From positions 7,074 to 71,073 of the forward strand of contig MFPD01000005.1 of the NCBI GenBank assembly GCA_001784115.1: a stretch of DNA of 64,000 nucleotides. The letters run 5' to 3'. Shown here one piece after another: positions 44,600 to 53,846 of this stretch. Each line of letters starts with the position of its first letter. Within the stretch, counting starts at the first letter, position 1. The notes under the pieces were generated by a model. The model had not been told where the DNA came from, made no database searches, and saw nothing but the letters and a program-made list of their open reading frames with translations. The stretch comes from Candidatus Levybacteria bacterium RIFCSPLOWO2_02_FULL_37_18 (GTDB lineage: Bacteria; Patescibacteriota; Microgenomatia; Levybacterales; UBA12049). The translations under genes were made by a program, and so were the position numbers.

Positions 44600-46680
44600 C
44601 TGTCGAGCTTTACGTAAAAGTTAGAACTTCCTTTTTACGTTAATATGGTAGTCGGCGTCTGTGGACGCCTCCTGATCTTCCTATCGCTCGGCCTTCGGCC
44701 TCGCTCTATGTATTTTTTGCGCGCGTTTTCCCGTTGGGACGGGATACGATTTTGATTATAGCAGATTCCGTATCAACCCACCCTCCCGACAAAAGGAAGC
44801 GGCACCCCCGCTTTTGGGCGAGAGGTCGCCACTAGGGCCTTTTCATTACCCATAAGTTTGTAATTTAGGCTCAAGTATGTATATACTGAAAGTGTATGAA
44901 TACAACTGCTCTGTTCCCTGTTGATCTGGGTGACAAAAGACTGGACAACCGGTGTAACAAGCTGATTGAACAATTAATGGCCAAACCTTCCTCTAGTATT
45001 CCTCAAGCCTGTATGAGCTGGAAAGATACCAAAGCAGCTTACCGGTTCTTTGCCAATGACGAGATTGATCCTGAGGATATTTTTGAGGCTCACTACAAAG
45101 AAACGGTGAGAAGAATACAAAAGACTGATGGAGTCATCCTTGTTCCGCAGGATACCACAGATTTAAGTTATACCACACACAAGAAAACCACAGGACTTGG
45201 TAGCATGGGTAGCTTTAAAAACTTGTATGGTATGCATGTCCATTCTGCACTGGCTGCAACAGAGGCTGGTATACCCCTGGGACTTTTGTCCCAGTACCGC
45301 TGTGCCCGTGATCCAAAACAGTTTGGGAAGAAAACCAAAGACAGAAACAAAACCTACATGCTTCCCATTGAGCAGAAGGAAAGCATTAAATGGATTAAAA
45401 CCGTTGAAGCAGTTGAACAGGCCATACCAGAGGGTAAAACCGTAGTTGTCATTGGGGATCGGGAATCAGATATCTACCCACTGTTTGCTCACAAAAGAAA
45501 GGAAAATGTTCACCTGCTTGTCCGTGCCTCATCCAATCGTGGGGTGGACAGTGAGGAAGGGAAGTTGTTTGCAACAATGGAGGCATTACCAAAGAAAGGA
45601 ACCATCGCCATCCAGCTTTCTAAAACACCTGTGCGTAAACCAAGACAAGCAACCCTGACCATCAAATACACGGAGGTTACACTGAAGTCCCCAAACGTAG
45701 GCAAAGGACGGGCAAAAGGCAGAGTTTCTCTTTTCTGTGTATCCAGGCCAAAGAGGAACACCCACCAAAAGGAGAACAGGCTGTTTCCTGGACCCTTTTG
45801 ACAACATACCCTGTCCACAGTTTTGCTGATGCAGTCGTCATCACCACCTGGTATACCAGAAGATGGCTGATTGAAAGATTCCACTTTGCCTTAAAAAGTG
45901 GCTGCAAGATTGAAGAATTACAACTCCACGAGAGAACAAGACTGGAGCGTGCGTTGGCTCTGTACTCAGTCGTTGCCTGGCAACTGCTTTGGATGACCTA
46001 TGAGGCCAGAGAACATTCCACTGATCCTTGTACCAAAATTCTCTCCACCCATGAATGGCAGGCTCTAGTGAGCATGAGTGAAGGCAGAAAAACCAGAAGA
46101 ACCAAACCACCCACCATGCAGGAAGCAGTTCACCTGATTGCTAAACTGGGAGGCTTCTTGGGAAGAAAAGGAGACAAAGAACCTGGAGTTAAAACCCTTT
46201 GGGTAGGTCTTTCGCAGACTGTCAGATATTGCTGCCACCTGGCAATTACTGCTTCGTGTTGATGAAGATGTGGGTAAGGGATAGGCCTTGGGGAAGCCTC
46301 GCCAATGTTTTCTCATTTTTATTAAATACAGTATCTTACGAGCTTTTAATCTAATTTAGTTTCGCTGCGCCGTCGGCGGGGTGGATCCGCTGTTCGCCCC
46401 CGCCTTTATTATTTTACCCCTTCCTGTTCATGAAGCTTCGGTCGCATCGGCGACCTTGTGGTAACTCGGTTGGCTCGCCCCGTTTTCTTTTAAATAAAAA
46501 ATGATTTCTCACGGGGCTCGCTTTTGTCGGGCTACCTATCCAAAATATATCTTAAGTTAAAGTTTCCCTGACGGTAGCCCTCCTTTTAGCAGAGACTCCA
46601 TGATGGAGCGGGGGCGGCGGACCGCCACCAAAACCAATCGGCCGAAATGGGATAAATTGGCCGACTTTGTGTTAGACTTA
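44600..46680. mobile_element. high-GC segment (visibly higher GC than flanks) with hairpin-rich ends, containing an IS4/Tn5-like transposase gene; foreign origin suspected
   Basis: compositional contrast visible in sequence; GC-rich hairpins at 44640-44860 and 46330-46640, including a GC hairpin plus T-run at 46375-46420. Confidence 0.5.
44896..46262 (+). pseudogene. IS4-family (IS50/Tn5-like) DDE transposase, frameshifted near 45725-45800 (ORFs 44896..45801 and 45798..46262)
   Basis: N-terminal AAYRFF...DTTDLSY and C-terminal AKEEHPPKGEQAVSWTLLTTYPV...YTRRWLIERFH...IAKLGGFLGRKGD align with the Tn5 transposase pattern; the continuation is in the -1 frame after a ttttct run. Confidence 0.75.
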
Positions 46681-46685
46681 GACAT

Positions 46686-47513
46686 ATGGTCGATACCAAA
46701 ATTGCCATTTTTAAGGGTAAAGAGATTAGAAAAACTATTTATAACAATGAGTGGTGGTTTTCGGTTATTGATGTAGTAAAAGTATTAACAGGCACTGATA
46801 GACAGAGGAAATATTGGAATGACTTAAAAGTTAAGCTTGTTAAAGAGGGTTACGTTGAGTTGTCCGAAAAAATCGGACAACTGAAATTAGAATCGTCTGA
46901 TGGGAAAAAATACTTAACAGATTGTGCAAGCACTGAAACAATATTTCGTATCATTCAAGCAATTCCTTCTCCAAAAGCAGAACCCCTTAAAAGGTGGCTT
47001 GCCAGAATTGGGTATGAAAGGATACGAGAAATTGAAGATCCAGAACTTGCAACAAAAAGAACCAGAGCTTTGTATAAAGCAAAAGGTTATCCCGATGACT
47101 GGGTAGAAAAACGAATGAGAGGTATCGCCATCCGTGAGGAGCTTACCGACGAGTGGGATAAACGAGGAGCTAAGATGCAAAAAGATTATGAAATTCTGAC
47201 AGCTGAGATTTCCAAAGCAACTTTTGGTGTTACTCCAAGCCAGTACAAAAAGTTAAAAAGTCTAAAGCGCGAAAACCTGCGTGATCACATGGATGATTTC
47301 GAACTCATTTTTACCATGCTTGGGGAAAGGGCCACTACTGAAATTCATCGCAACGAGAATTCAAAAGGAGTTCCGAAGCTAAGAAGTGATGCAAAAGCCG
47401 GCGGTGATATTGCCGGAGGAGCAAGAAAAAAACTTGAGAAACGGCTTAAAAGATCAATTGTCTCAAGAGAAAACTACCTACCTAAAAAAAGAAAGGTCAA
47501 ACAACTGACATGA
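46686..47513 (+). CDS. DinD-like DNA-damage-inducible protein (Bro-N domain at N-terminus)
   Basis: KGKEIRKTIYNNEWWFSVIDVVKVLTG Bro-N-like motif; C-terminal part resembles E. coli DinD. Confidence 0.6.
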   Translation: MVDTKIAIFKGKEIRKTIYNNEWWFSVIDVVKVLTGTDRQRKYWNDLKVKLVKEGYVELSEKIGQLKLESSDGKKYLTDCASTETIFRIIQAIPSPKAEPLKRWLARIGYERIREIEDPELATKRTRALYKAKGYPDDWVEKRMRGIAIREELTDEWDKRGAKMQKDYEILTAEISKATFGVTPSQYKKLKSLKRENLRDHMDDFELIFTMLGERATTEIHRNENSKGVPKLRSDAKAGGDIAGGARKKLEKRLKRSIVSRENYLPKKRKVKQLT

Positions 47514-47581
47514 TGTCTGATATCATTGCTGATAAAGAATGGAGAGCATCGTTGTTGGCAGGATACGTGGTACAGATTGGT

Positions 47582-47803
47582 TTATATAGATTTAAATAGT
47601 TCTGACAGAGATACTTTTAGGATTTGAGCAATCTTAATAAGTTTTTTCAGAGTAGGATTTTTCTCCCCTCTTTCTACAAATCCCATATAGCTTCTGTCGA
47701 CTCCAACTTTAAATGCTAAGTCTTCTTGTGTCATTTCGTTTTCTTTTCGTAACTCCTTAATTCTTTGCCCCAATCTTTTGTGAGTAGCTGATAAAGACTC
47801 CAT
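47582..47803 (-). CDS. XRE-family HTH transcriptional regulator (Cro/CI-type)
   Basis: LGQRIKELRKENEMTQEDLAFKVGVDRSYMGFVERGEKNPTLKKLIKIAQILKVSLSELF. Confidence 0.8.
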   Translation of the reverse strand: MESLSATHKRLGQRIKELRKENEMTQEDLAFKVGVDRSYMGFVERGEKNPTLKKLIKIAQILKVSLSELFKSI

Positions 47804-47927
47804 ATGCTACCCAAGATTAAGTCAAAAGGGACTATCAGACCAGCTTCTGCTTGTAGCTTTATTATTAAATTTTTTGATATATTGGGACTATAGGTAGCGT
47901 AAAAGTGCATCTTTATGACGGCTATTT

Positions 47928-48620
47928 TTGATGTTTCATTTTGGCTATATTTCCTTTTTTTTCTTTATTGCTATTTTTTTAGCCTTCTTTGTTCCAGGAG
48001 ATCTTGCTTTAAGAAGATTACAACTTTCCTCTTTTCAGAGATTCGTTTTAGGAACAATTTTAGGTATGGTTCTATGGGGCTGGCAAGGTTTTATATTTGG
48101 TTATCTTGGGTTAAGATGGTTATCGTACCCATATCTCTTGATAGCTTTTACTTTTTGGGTAAAAACCTATATTAAGGGTAATAGAATTAATCCATTTGAA
48201 AAACTCAGAAGTAGAAAAATAAATTTATTATTGCTTGCTCTCATTCTGACTGGTAGTTTAATACAACTTACCAGGGTTTGGTTTACTGGCACTCTTTATT
48301 CTAATGGGCTTTATTTTTGCTGTGGCAACACAAGCGATAGTCTTTTTCATATAGCGTTAACAAATCAAATAGTAAAAACATTTCCCCCTTTTCAGCCTGG
48401 TATGTTTGGCGTTATAGTTCATAATTATCATTATTGGAGCAATCTTGTTATTGCAGAACTTATAAGAGTTTTTCACTTGCCCTTAATAGCTACTCAATAC
48501 CAGTATTCAACCTTACTTATATCAACATTTTTGGGTCTTTCAGCTCTTGTATTCGGTCAAGTAATCAAGCTTGGTAAATCTTTTGTTTTGTGGCTGATGA
48601 TTTTCTTCAAGCTTTTCTGA
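47928..48620 (+). CDS. polytopic membrane protein, probably 3'-truncated (possible ArnT/PMT-like glycosyltransferase N-terminal region); its 3' end overlaps an IS fragment
   Basis: about 7 hydrophobic helices; ends abruptly where the minus-strand transposase fragment begins. Confidence 0.4.
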   Translation: MMFHFGYISFFFFIAIFLAFFVPGDLALRRLQLSSFQRFVLGTILGMVLWGWQGFIFGYLGLRWLSYPYLLIAFTFWVKTYIKGNRINPFEKLRSRKINLLLLALILTGSLIQLTRVWFTGTLYSNGLYFCCGNTSDSLFHIALTNQIVKTFPPFQPGMFGVIVHNYHYWSNLVIAELIRVFHLPLIATQYQYSTLLISTFLGLSALVFGQVIKLGKSFVLWLMIFFKLF

Positions 48621-48890
48621 TGCAAACTTAGGTTTAAAATCTGAGTACTCTTCCTTAACTTTCTTCAAAGCTTCGTTTCTGATAGCCTCATCAATATGGT
48701 GATTGCTGACTCTGTCTTTAAGCTGATGAATTAAAGCTTCATAACCTCTTTCCCTAACAGCTTTTTTGAGCCTTTTGATTTGTCTTAAAGACAGTTTTAA
48801 TGTTGTGGCTGCTTGGCCATTAGTAATCTTCCCTTGAAGTAAAGTTGTCATTACAGTAATCTTTTCCTGCTCTCTTGTAGTAGAAGACAT
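48540..48890 (-). pseudogene. N-terminal HTH fragment (116 aa) of an rve/DDE transposase of the IS481/ISNCY type; catalytic domain absent
   Basis: TTLLQGKITNGQAATTLKLSLRQIKRLKKAVRERGYEALIHQLKDR matches the N-terminal HTH of integrase-core transposases. Confidence 0.55.
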
Positions 48891-49045
48891 AAAAACCCAT
48901 GGTAGGAATAATACTCCATCAGTGTGGGTATTTTAAGGTGACATTTCTAAATTGGTGGGGGTGACGTTTCTAAATAAAGATAAGAATAGATTTCCAGAAG
49001 TTGCCAACTTGCTTAGCGGATAGTATAATAAAAAGCACATTAACT

Positions 49046-49118
49046 GCTGAGGTAGCCAAGGTGGTCAAGGCACCTGTCTGAAGAACAGGCTATGTCAGTT
49101 CGACTCTGACCCTCAGCA
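49046..49118 (+). tRNA. tRNA-Phe (anticodon GAA)
   Basis: GCTGAGG acceptor / CCTGT-CTGAAGA-ACAGG anticodon arm / GTCAG-TTCGACT-CTGAC T-arm / CCTCAGC-A. Confidence 0.75.
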
Positions 49119-49149
49119 CCCTTCGATAATTCAGCATAAACTGTAAACT

Positions 49150-49821
49150 CTAAAACTTGTCTCCTCCAAAAATTAAATCCGTTGTAGTGCCGGTTACGCC
49201 GATTCCAACATGACTCCAGGCAGAATTGAGTTGGTTATCATTATGCGGTTTATCTCCAGCGTATACCCATTCAATTAAATGAACCCCTAATAATTGAAAG
49301 CCTATGCTTGAGTTTTCTCCAAGACTTCTAAATCCAAGTTTTTTATAGTTATTTTCGTCTTTAAGGTAATTATTAAACCCTTCGTGTTTGTCTGTGTTTC
49401 CATTTTTTGCAAAAAAATCACTCCTGCTTTGCGCATATTCAGCAAGAGTTTGATTCCATTCCAGCCTTCCTCTTCCGTTTCTTTCCCTATATACATTTAA
49501 GGCGTCGAGAATTTCCTGAGGAGTCCCCATTCTTTCGTCTTTACCTACTTTCATAGTCCAGGTATATTTGTCTAATTGTTTGGCAATTCCCCATGGCTCT
49601 GAGTCTTCTGAAAAGGTATTAATTTTAGGCTCGGGGCGGAGTTTTGGAGTTGGAATGAAAGTGGGTCGAGGGGATATAACTGGTTTAATAACTTGAATAG
49701 ATTTGTCTTGAACTTTTCGCGATAAAGATTGAATCCTGCTATTTATAAAAATATTTGCGTCGATGGTTAAAACAAGAAGAAATATTACTAAGATAAATTG
49801 GACGTTTTTCGAAAATCTCAT
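49150..49821 (-). CDS. secreted CAP/SCP/PR-1-like domain protein
   Basis: signal-anchor N-terminus; CAP motifs LGENSSIGF and NSAWSHVGIGV. Confidence 0.65.
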   Translation of the reverse strand: MRFSKNVQFILVIFLLVLTIDANIFINSRIQSLSRKVQDKSIQVIKPVISPRPTFIPTPKLRPEPKINTFSEDSEPWGIAKQLDKYTWTMKVGKDERMGTPQEILDALNVYRERNGRGRLEWNQTLAEYAQSRSDFFAKNGNTDKHEGFNNYLKDENNYKKLGFRSLGENSSIGFQLLGVHLIEWVYAGDKPHNDNQLNSAWSHVGIGVTGTTTDLIFGGDKF

Positions 49822-49822
49822 G

Positions 49823-49896
49823 TGGGCCCGAGAAGAGTCGAACTTCTGACCTTTGCAATGTCAATGCAACGCTCTAACCAACTGAGCTACGAGCCC
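49823..49896 (-). tRNA. tRNA-Val (anticodon GAC)
   Basis: minus strand: GGGCTCG / TAGCTCAGTTGGTTAGAGCG / TTGCA-TTGACAT-TGCAA / AGAAG-TTCGACT-CTTCT / CGGGCCC-A. Confidence 0.85.
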
Positions 49897-49958
49897 TAGG
49901 CTTATATTCTACCAATGGTGTACTATTCTGTAAAGTCAAACCTGCTATAATTTAAACA

Positions 49959-50537
49959 ATGAATCGAAAACAAGCATACGAGCTTCTTATCAAATATCTA
50001 TATAATAAAAACTTATTAAAACATAGCTTGGCAGCGGAGGCTTCCATGAAAACAATCTACAAACATCTGCATGGTGAAGATCTTAATGAGATTGAACAGG
50101 AGAAATGGGGAATAGCAGGACTATTGCATGATATAGATTACCAGCTTGCCCAAGAAACAAATCAACTTGACAAACACGGACTTTTGATTTTTGAAAAAGA
50201 ACCTGGCGTGATTCCAGAAGATATTGCGCATGCAATAAGAACGCATAACTTCGAAAACACCAAAGAAACGCCTGTAACCGATATTGCCTGGGCAATAGCG
50301 TGCGCTGACCAATTAACAGGCTTTATTGTCGCAGCAGCCTTAGTTCATCCTGATAAAAAATTAGAGCCTTTAACTAGTGAATTTATTAAAAATCGAATGA
50401 AAGAAAAATCATTTGCCAAAGGCGCAAACAGAGAATCTATACTTTTATGCGAAGAAAAATTAGGTATTCCGCTTAATACATTTATCGAACTTATCCTTTC
50501 GTCAATGAAATCTATTAGCAACCAGCTAGAACTATGA
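49959..50537 (+). CDS. HD-domain phosphohydrolase
   Basis: H...HD motif (LKHSLAAEASMK...GLLHDIDY). Confidence 0.7.
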   Translation: MNRKQAYELLIKYLYNKNLLKHSLAAEASMKTIYKHLHGEDLNEIEQEKWGIAGLLHDIDYQLAQETNQLDKHGLLIFEKEPGVIPEDIAHAIRTHNFENTKETPVTDIAWAIACADQLTGFIVAAALVHPDKKLEPLTSEFIKNRMKEKSFAKGANRESILLCEEKLGIPLNTFIELILSSMKSISNQLEL

Positions 50538-50718
50538 GCTCCGCAGGTGTAAGCGTATACCACCCCAAGGGTGTAATTCTCTAACACGAAAAACGGCTCA
50601 AAAGACTCGAGCAAACTAATCATGCAGGTTAAGAAGATATAAAGAACCGGTTGGAAATCAAAGGTGGCTTCAAAAAACTTCTCTTTATAAAAAGTCATCT
50701 ATCTGATATAGTTATGCT

Positions 50719-52503
50719 ATGGATAATGATAAAGAATATCTAAACAATCTAAGACACTCCTGCGCGCATTTACTTGCTGCAGCTGTTCGAAGTTTGTGGC
50801 CAGAGACAAAAAATGCCATTGGTCCGGCAATTGAGAATGGATTTTATCAGGATTTTGATCTGGGAGACGTAAAACTGCCTGAAACTGATTTTGAGAAAAT
50901 CGAAAGCAAAATGCATGAAATTGCTTCTTTATGGCATGAATTCGAGACTAAAGAAGTTTCAGCCGAACAAGCAAGAAAAGATTTTGCCTGGAATCCATAC
51001 AAACTTGAACTTATCGAAGAATTTGCAAGCGGTGGTAAAAAAATTATGGAAAATAACCCAGGTAATTTTCTTGACCTGTGCAAAGGAGGGCATACCGATA
51101 ATCTAAAAGAAGAACTCAAACACTTTAAATTACTTTCTGTTGCCGGAGCATATTGGAGGGGAAACGAAAAAAATAAAATGCTTACACGAATTTATGGTAC
51201 TGCTTTTGCGACAAAAGAAGCATTAGATGAGCATTTGCACATGCTTGAAGAAGCAAAAAAAAGAGACCATAGAAAAATTGGCAAAGAGCTTGGGCTTTTT
51301 GTGTTTTCTGATTTGGTTGGTCCCGGACTTCCGCTATTTACCCCGAAAGGCTCAACCATTCGACGCATACTGGAGAGATTTATCGTGGATGAAGAACTTA
51401 AAAGAGGATATATGCACGTATATACGCCTCCTCTTGCAAAAACCGATTTATATAAAACGTCCGGCCATTACCCGTATTACAAAGATACAATGTACCCGCA
51501 CATGCAAGTTGATGAAGACGAGCTTATTTTGCGTCCTATGACGTGTCCACATCACTTTATGCTGTATAAATCAACTCCTCACAGTTATAAAGAACTTCCT
51601 GTCAGACTTGCAGAAATTTCTCCTCAATTTCGGTATGAAAAAAGCGGTGAGCTAACAGGGCTTATGCGGGTGAGAATGTTTACGCTTTCGGACGCACACA
51701 TTATAGCCCGGCCCGATCAGGCAGAAGAAGAAATAAACAATGTTTTAGATTTAATTGAGTCTGTAAATAGCAAGTTTGGGCTTGTGAAGGGAAAAGATTA
51801 TAAATATCGTCTTTCTTTGGGAGACAGAAACGACGAAAAAAAATATTATAAAGATGATGCTTTGTGGAATAAAGCAGAAGATATTTTAAGAAAAGTCTTA
51901 ACCAAGCGTAGCGCTCCCTTTTATGAAGCAGAGGCAGAAGCTGCATTTTATGGCCCAAAAATTGACGTGCAAATGAAGAATGTATCGGGTAAAGAAGAAA
52001 CCGCGTGTACCGTCCAATATGACTTCGTTATGCCAAAGCGTTTTAACTTAACATATATTGACTCAGATGGCAAAGAAAAGGAACCGATTGTAATTCACCG
52101 AGCATCAATTGGTGCAATAGAGCGCACCATGGCATTTTTAATAGAAAAGTTTGGGGGGGCATTGCCCCTTTGGCTTTCGCCTGTTCAAATAGTATTGATT
52201 CCTATAGCTGACCGGCATATTCAACATGTCCATACTGTAAACAATACACTCATAACTAATAACATCCGATCATCTATTGATGATCGTTCTGAGGGCATGC
52301 AAGCTAAAATTCGCGATGCTACTTTACAAAAAGTGCCTTATATGGGTATAATAGGAGATAAGGAAGTTGAAAGTTCGAAGTTGAAAGTTCAAAGTGACGA
52401 ACCAATGATTTCCGTAAGAACCAGGGATGGAAAAGACCACGGACGTGTAAAACTGTCCGATTTTATTAAACAGGTTCAAGACGAAATTGATAAAAAAACA
52501 TAA
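50719..52503 (+). CDS. thrS: threonyl-tRNA synthetase (begins at the second additional domain; no TGS domain), with an in-frame 16-bp tandem repeat near the C-terminus (52362-52395)
   Basis: HSCAHLLAAAV, RDHRKIGKELGLF, class II motifs; anticodon-binding C-terminus. Confidence 0.9.
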   Translation: MDNDKEYLNNLRHSCAHLLAAAVRSLWPETKNAIGPAIENGFYQDFDLGDVKLPETDFEKIESKMHEIASLWHEFETKEVSAEQARKDFAWNPYKLELIEEFASGGKKIMENNPGNFLDLCKGGHTDNLKEELKHFKLLSVAGAYWRGNEKNKMLTRIYGTAFATKEALDEHLHMLEEAKKRDHRKIGKELGLFVFSDLVGPGLPLFTPKGSTIRRILERFIVDEELKRGYMHVYTPPLAKTDLYKTSGHYPYYKDTMYPHMQVDEDELILRPMTCPHHFMLYKSTPHSYKELPVRLAEISPQFRYEKSGELTGLMRVRMFTLSDAHIIARPDQAEEEINNVLDLIESVNSKFGLVKGKDYKYRLSLGDRNDEKKYYKDDALWNKAEDILRKVLTKRSAPFYEAEAEAAFYGPKIDVQMKNVSGKEETACTVQYDFVMPKRFNLTYIDSDGKEKEPIVIHRASIGAIERTMAFLIEKFGGALPLWLSPVQIVLIPIADRHIQHVHTVNNTLITNNIRSSIDDRSEGMQAKIRDATLQKVPYMGIIGDKEVESSKLKVQSDEPMISVRTRDGKDHGRVKLSDFIKQVQDEIDKKT

Positions 52504-53083
52504 GAAAAGACAAGAACACAGAAGATTTTACCGGGTAAACGAGCGCATTTTTGCTAATCAGCTTCGTGTATTAGGAAGCGATGGCAAGCAAATTGGAATA
52601 CTTTCAAAGTATGAAGCGCTACAAAAAGCCCGACAAGAAGAACTTGATTTGGTCGAGGTGGCACCAACAGCTAAACCGCCGGTTGCAAAAATTATTGATT
52701 TCAAAAAATTCCTGTACCAAGAGGAAAAAAAGAAAAAGGAAGAAAAGAAAAAGGCAAAAGTTTCCGAGACAAAAGAAGTACGTCTTGGACCGTTTATGGA
52801 TGATCATGACTTACAAGTCATGATACGACGAGGAAGAGAATTTTTAGAAGACGGAAATAAAGTAAAGCTCGTTTTAAAATTTATCGGAAGACAAATAGCA
52901 CACCCTGAATTTGGTCAAGAAATAGTCAAAAAAGTAATAACAGATCTTTCGGACATTTCCAAAGTAGATAGAGTTGCCCATTTTGAAGGAAAACAACTCA
53001 TCGCTCTTCTGTCGCCGGAAAGGAAAAAACAATATGTTTACGGCAAAGTTGAAAACCAAAAAGTCAGCACTCAAACGGTTTAA
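52487..53083 (+). CDS. infC: translation initiation factor IF-3 (start uncertain; overlaps the thrS 3' end)
   Basis: INERIFANQLRVLGSDGKQIGILSKYEALQKARQEELDLVEV...KVKLVLKFIGRQIAHPEFG. Confidence 0.85.
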   Translation: MIKKHKKRQEHRRFYRVNERIFANQLRVLGSDGKQIGILSKYEALQKARQEELDLVEVAPTAKPPVAKIIDFKKFLYQEEKKKKEEKKKAKVSETKEVRLGPFMDDHDLQVMIRRGREFLEDGNKVKLVLKFIGRQIAHPEFGQEIVKKVITDLSDISKVDRVAHFEGKQLIALLSPERKKQYVYGKVENQKVSTQTV

Positions 53084-53237
53084 AGTTACCAAAACAGGTA
53101 AGGTTATTTTTAGGGGGCAATACCAAGGACATTTAATGCGTAAAAAATCTTCCAGGCGCAAGAGGAGACTTGCCGAACCACGCGTTTTACAAGGAACATT
53201 TGCCAAAAAAATCAAGAAAATACTTAACTTAAGTTAA
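53034..53237 (+). CDS. rpmI: 50S ribosomal protein L35 (start MFTAKLKTKKSALKRF at 53034, AGGA SD 9 nt upstream)
   Basis: KLKTKKSALKRFKVTKTGKV L35 signature. Confidence 0.85.
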   Translation: MFTAKLKTKKSALKRFKVTKTGKVIFRGQYQGHLMRKKSSRRKRRLAEPRVLQGTFAKKIKKILNLS

Positions 53238-53246
53238 GTATTTTCG

Positions 53247-53298
53247 CAGTCCTAAACTTGATTCAGAATCCTAGATGCTGAATCAAGTTTAGCATGAT
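53247..53298. repeat. palindromic element (ctaaacttgattcagaatcctagatgctgaatcaagtttag) between rpmI and rplT
   Basis: perfect 15-nt inverted arms. Confidence 0.7.
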
Positions 53299-53345
53299 AT
53301 TATTTTAAACTGTAATTTTGAATTTTGATTTTTTAATTTTATAGT

Positions 53346-53696
53346 ATGGCTAGAGTAAAAAGAGGAATAGTTTCCAGACGAAAACATAAAAAGTTACTCT
53401 CTAAAACTAAAGGCTATCGAGGCACAAAAAACCGGCTTGTCAAAGTGGCAAAAGAAGCCTCTCTCCACGCCGGAGCGTATGCTTTTCATGGCAGAAAACT
53501 AAGAAAACGAGATTTTAGGAGTCTTTGGATCACCCGAATCGGAGAAGCAGTACAAAAAGAAGGACTTTCATATTCCGTATTTATGAACAAGCTTAAAAAA
53601 GCAAATATTATGCTTGATCGAAAAATGCTTAATGAATTGTTATCCGAAGATCCTGCTTCCTTTAAAGGGATAGTCAAAAGTGTCAGTAAAAATTAA
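53346..53696 (+). CDS. rplT: 50S ribosomal protein L20
   Basis: MARVKRGIVSRRKHKKLLSKTKGYRGTKNRL. Confidence 0.9.
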   Translation: MARVKRGIVSRRKHKKLLSKTKGYRGTKNRLVKVAKEASLHAGAYAFHGRKLRKRDFRSLWITRIGEAVQKEGLSYSVFMNKLKKANIMLDRKMLNELLSEDPASFKGIVKSVSKN

Positions 53697-53764
53697 TTTT
53701 CCTCAATTTTAACTCAATCTCGAATCTCTCATCATTTTATGCTATTCTTACAGTATACGAACGT

Positions 53765-53832
53765 GTCATCCTGAATTTATTTCAGGATATCGTTCTTCAA
53801 GGATTAAGATTCCGAAACAAGTTCGGAATGAC
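53765..53832. repeat. palindromic element (gtcatcctgaatttatttcaggat...ccgaaacaagttcggaatgac) between rplT and pheS
   Basis: TGTCAT / ATGACA termini with two internal hairpins. Confidence 0.75.
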
Positions 53833-53846
53833 AAAAGAAAACTTTT

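Noticed and set aside
46330-46680. Possible structured ncRNA or group II intron remnant in the GC-rich hairpin region after the IS4 transposase
   Set aside because: Only generic GC hairpins and a terminator-like stem plus T-run are visible. No recognisable intron domain V/VI motif. Kept as part of the IS/foreign segment.
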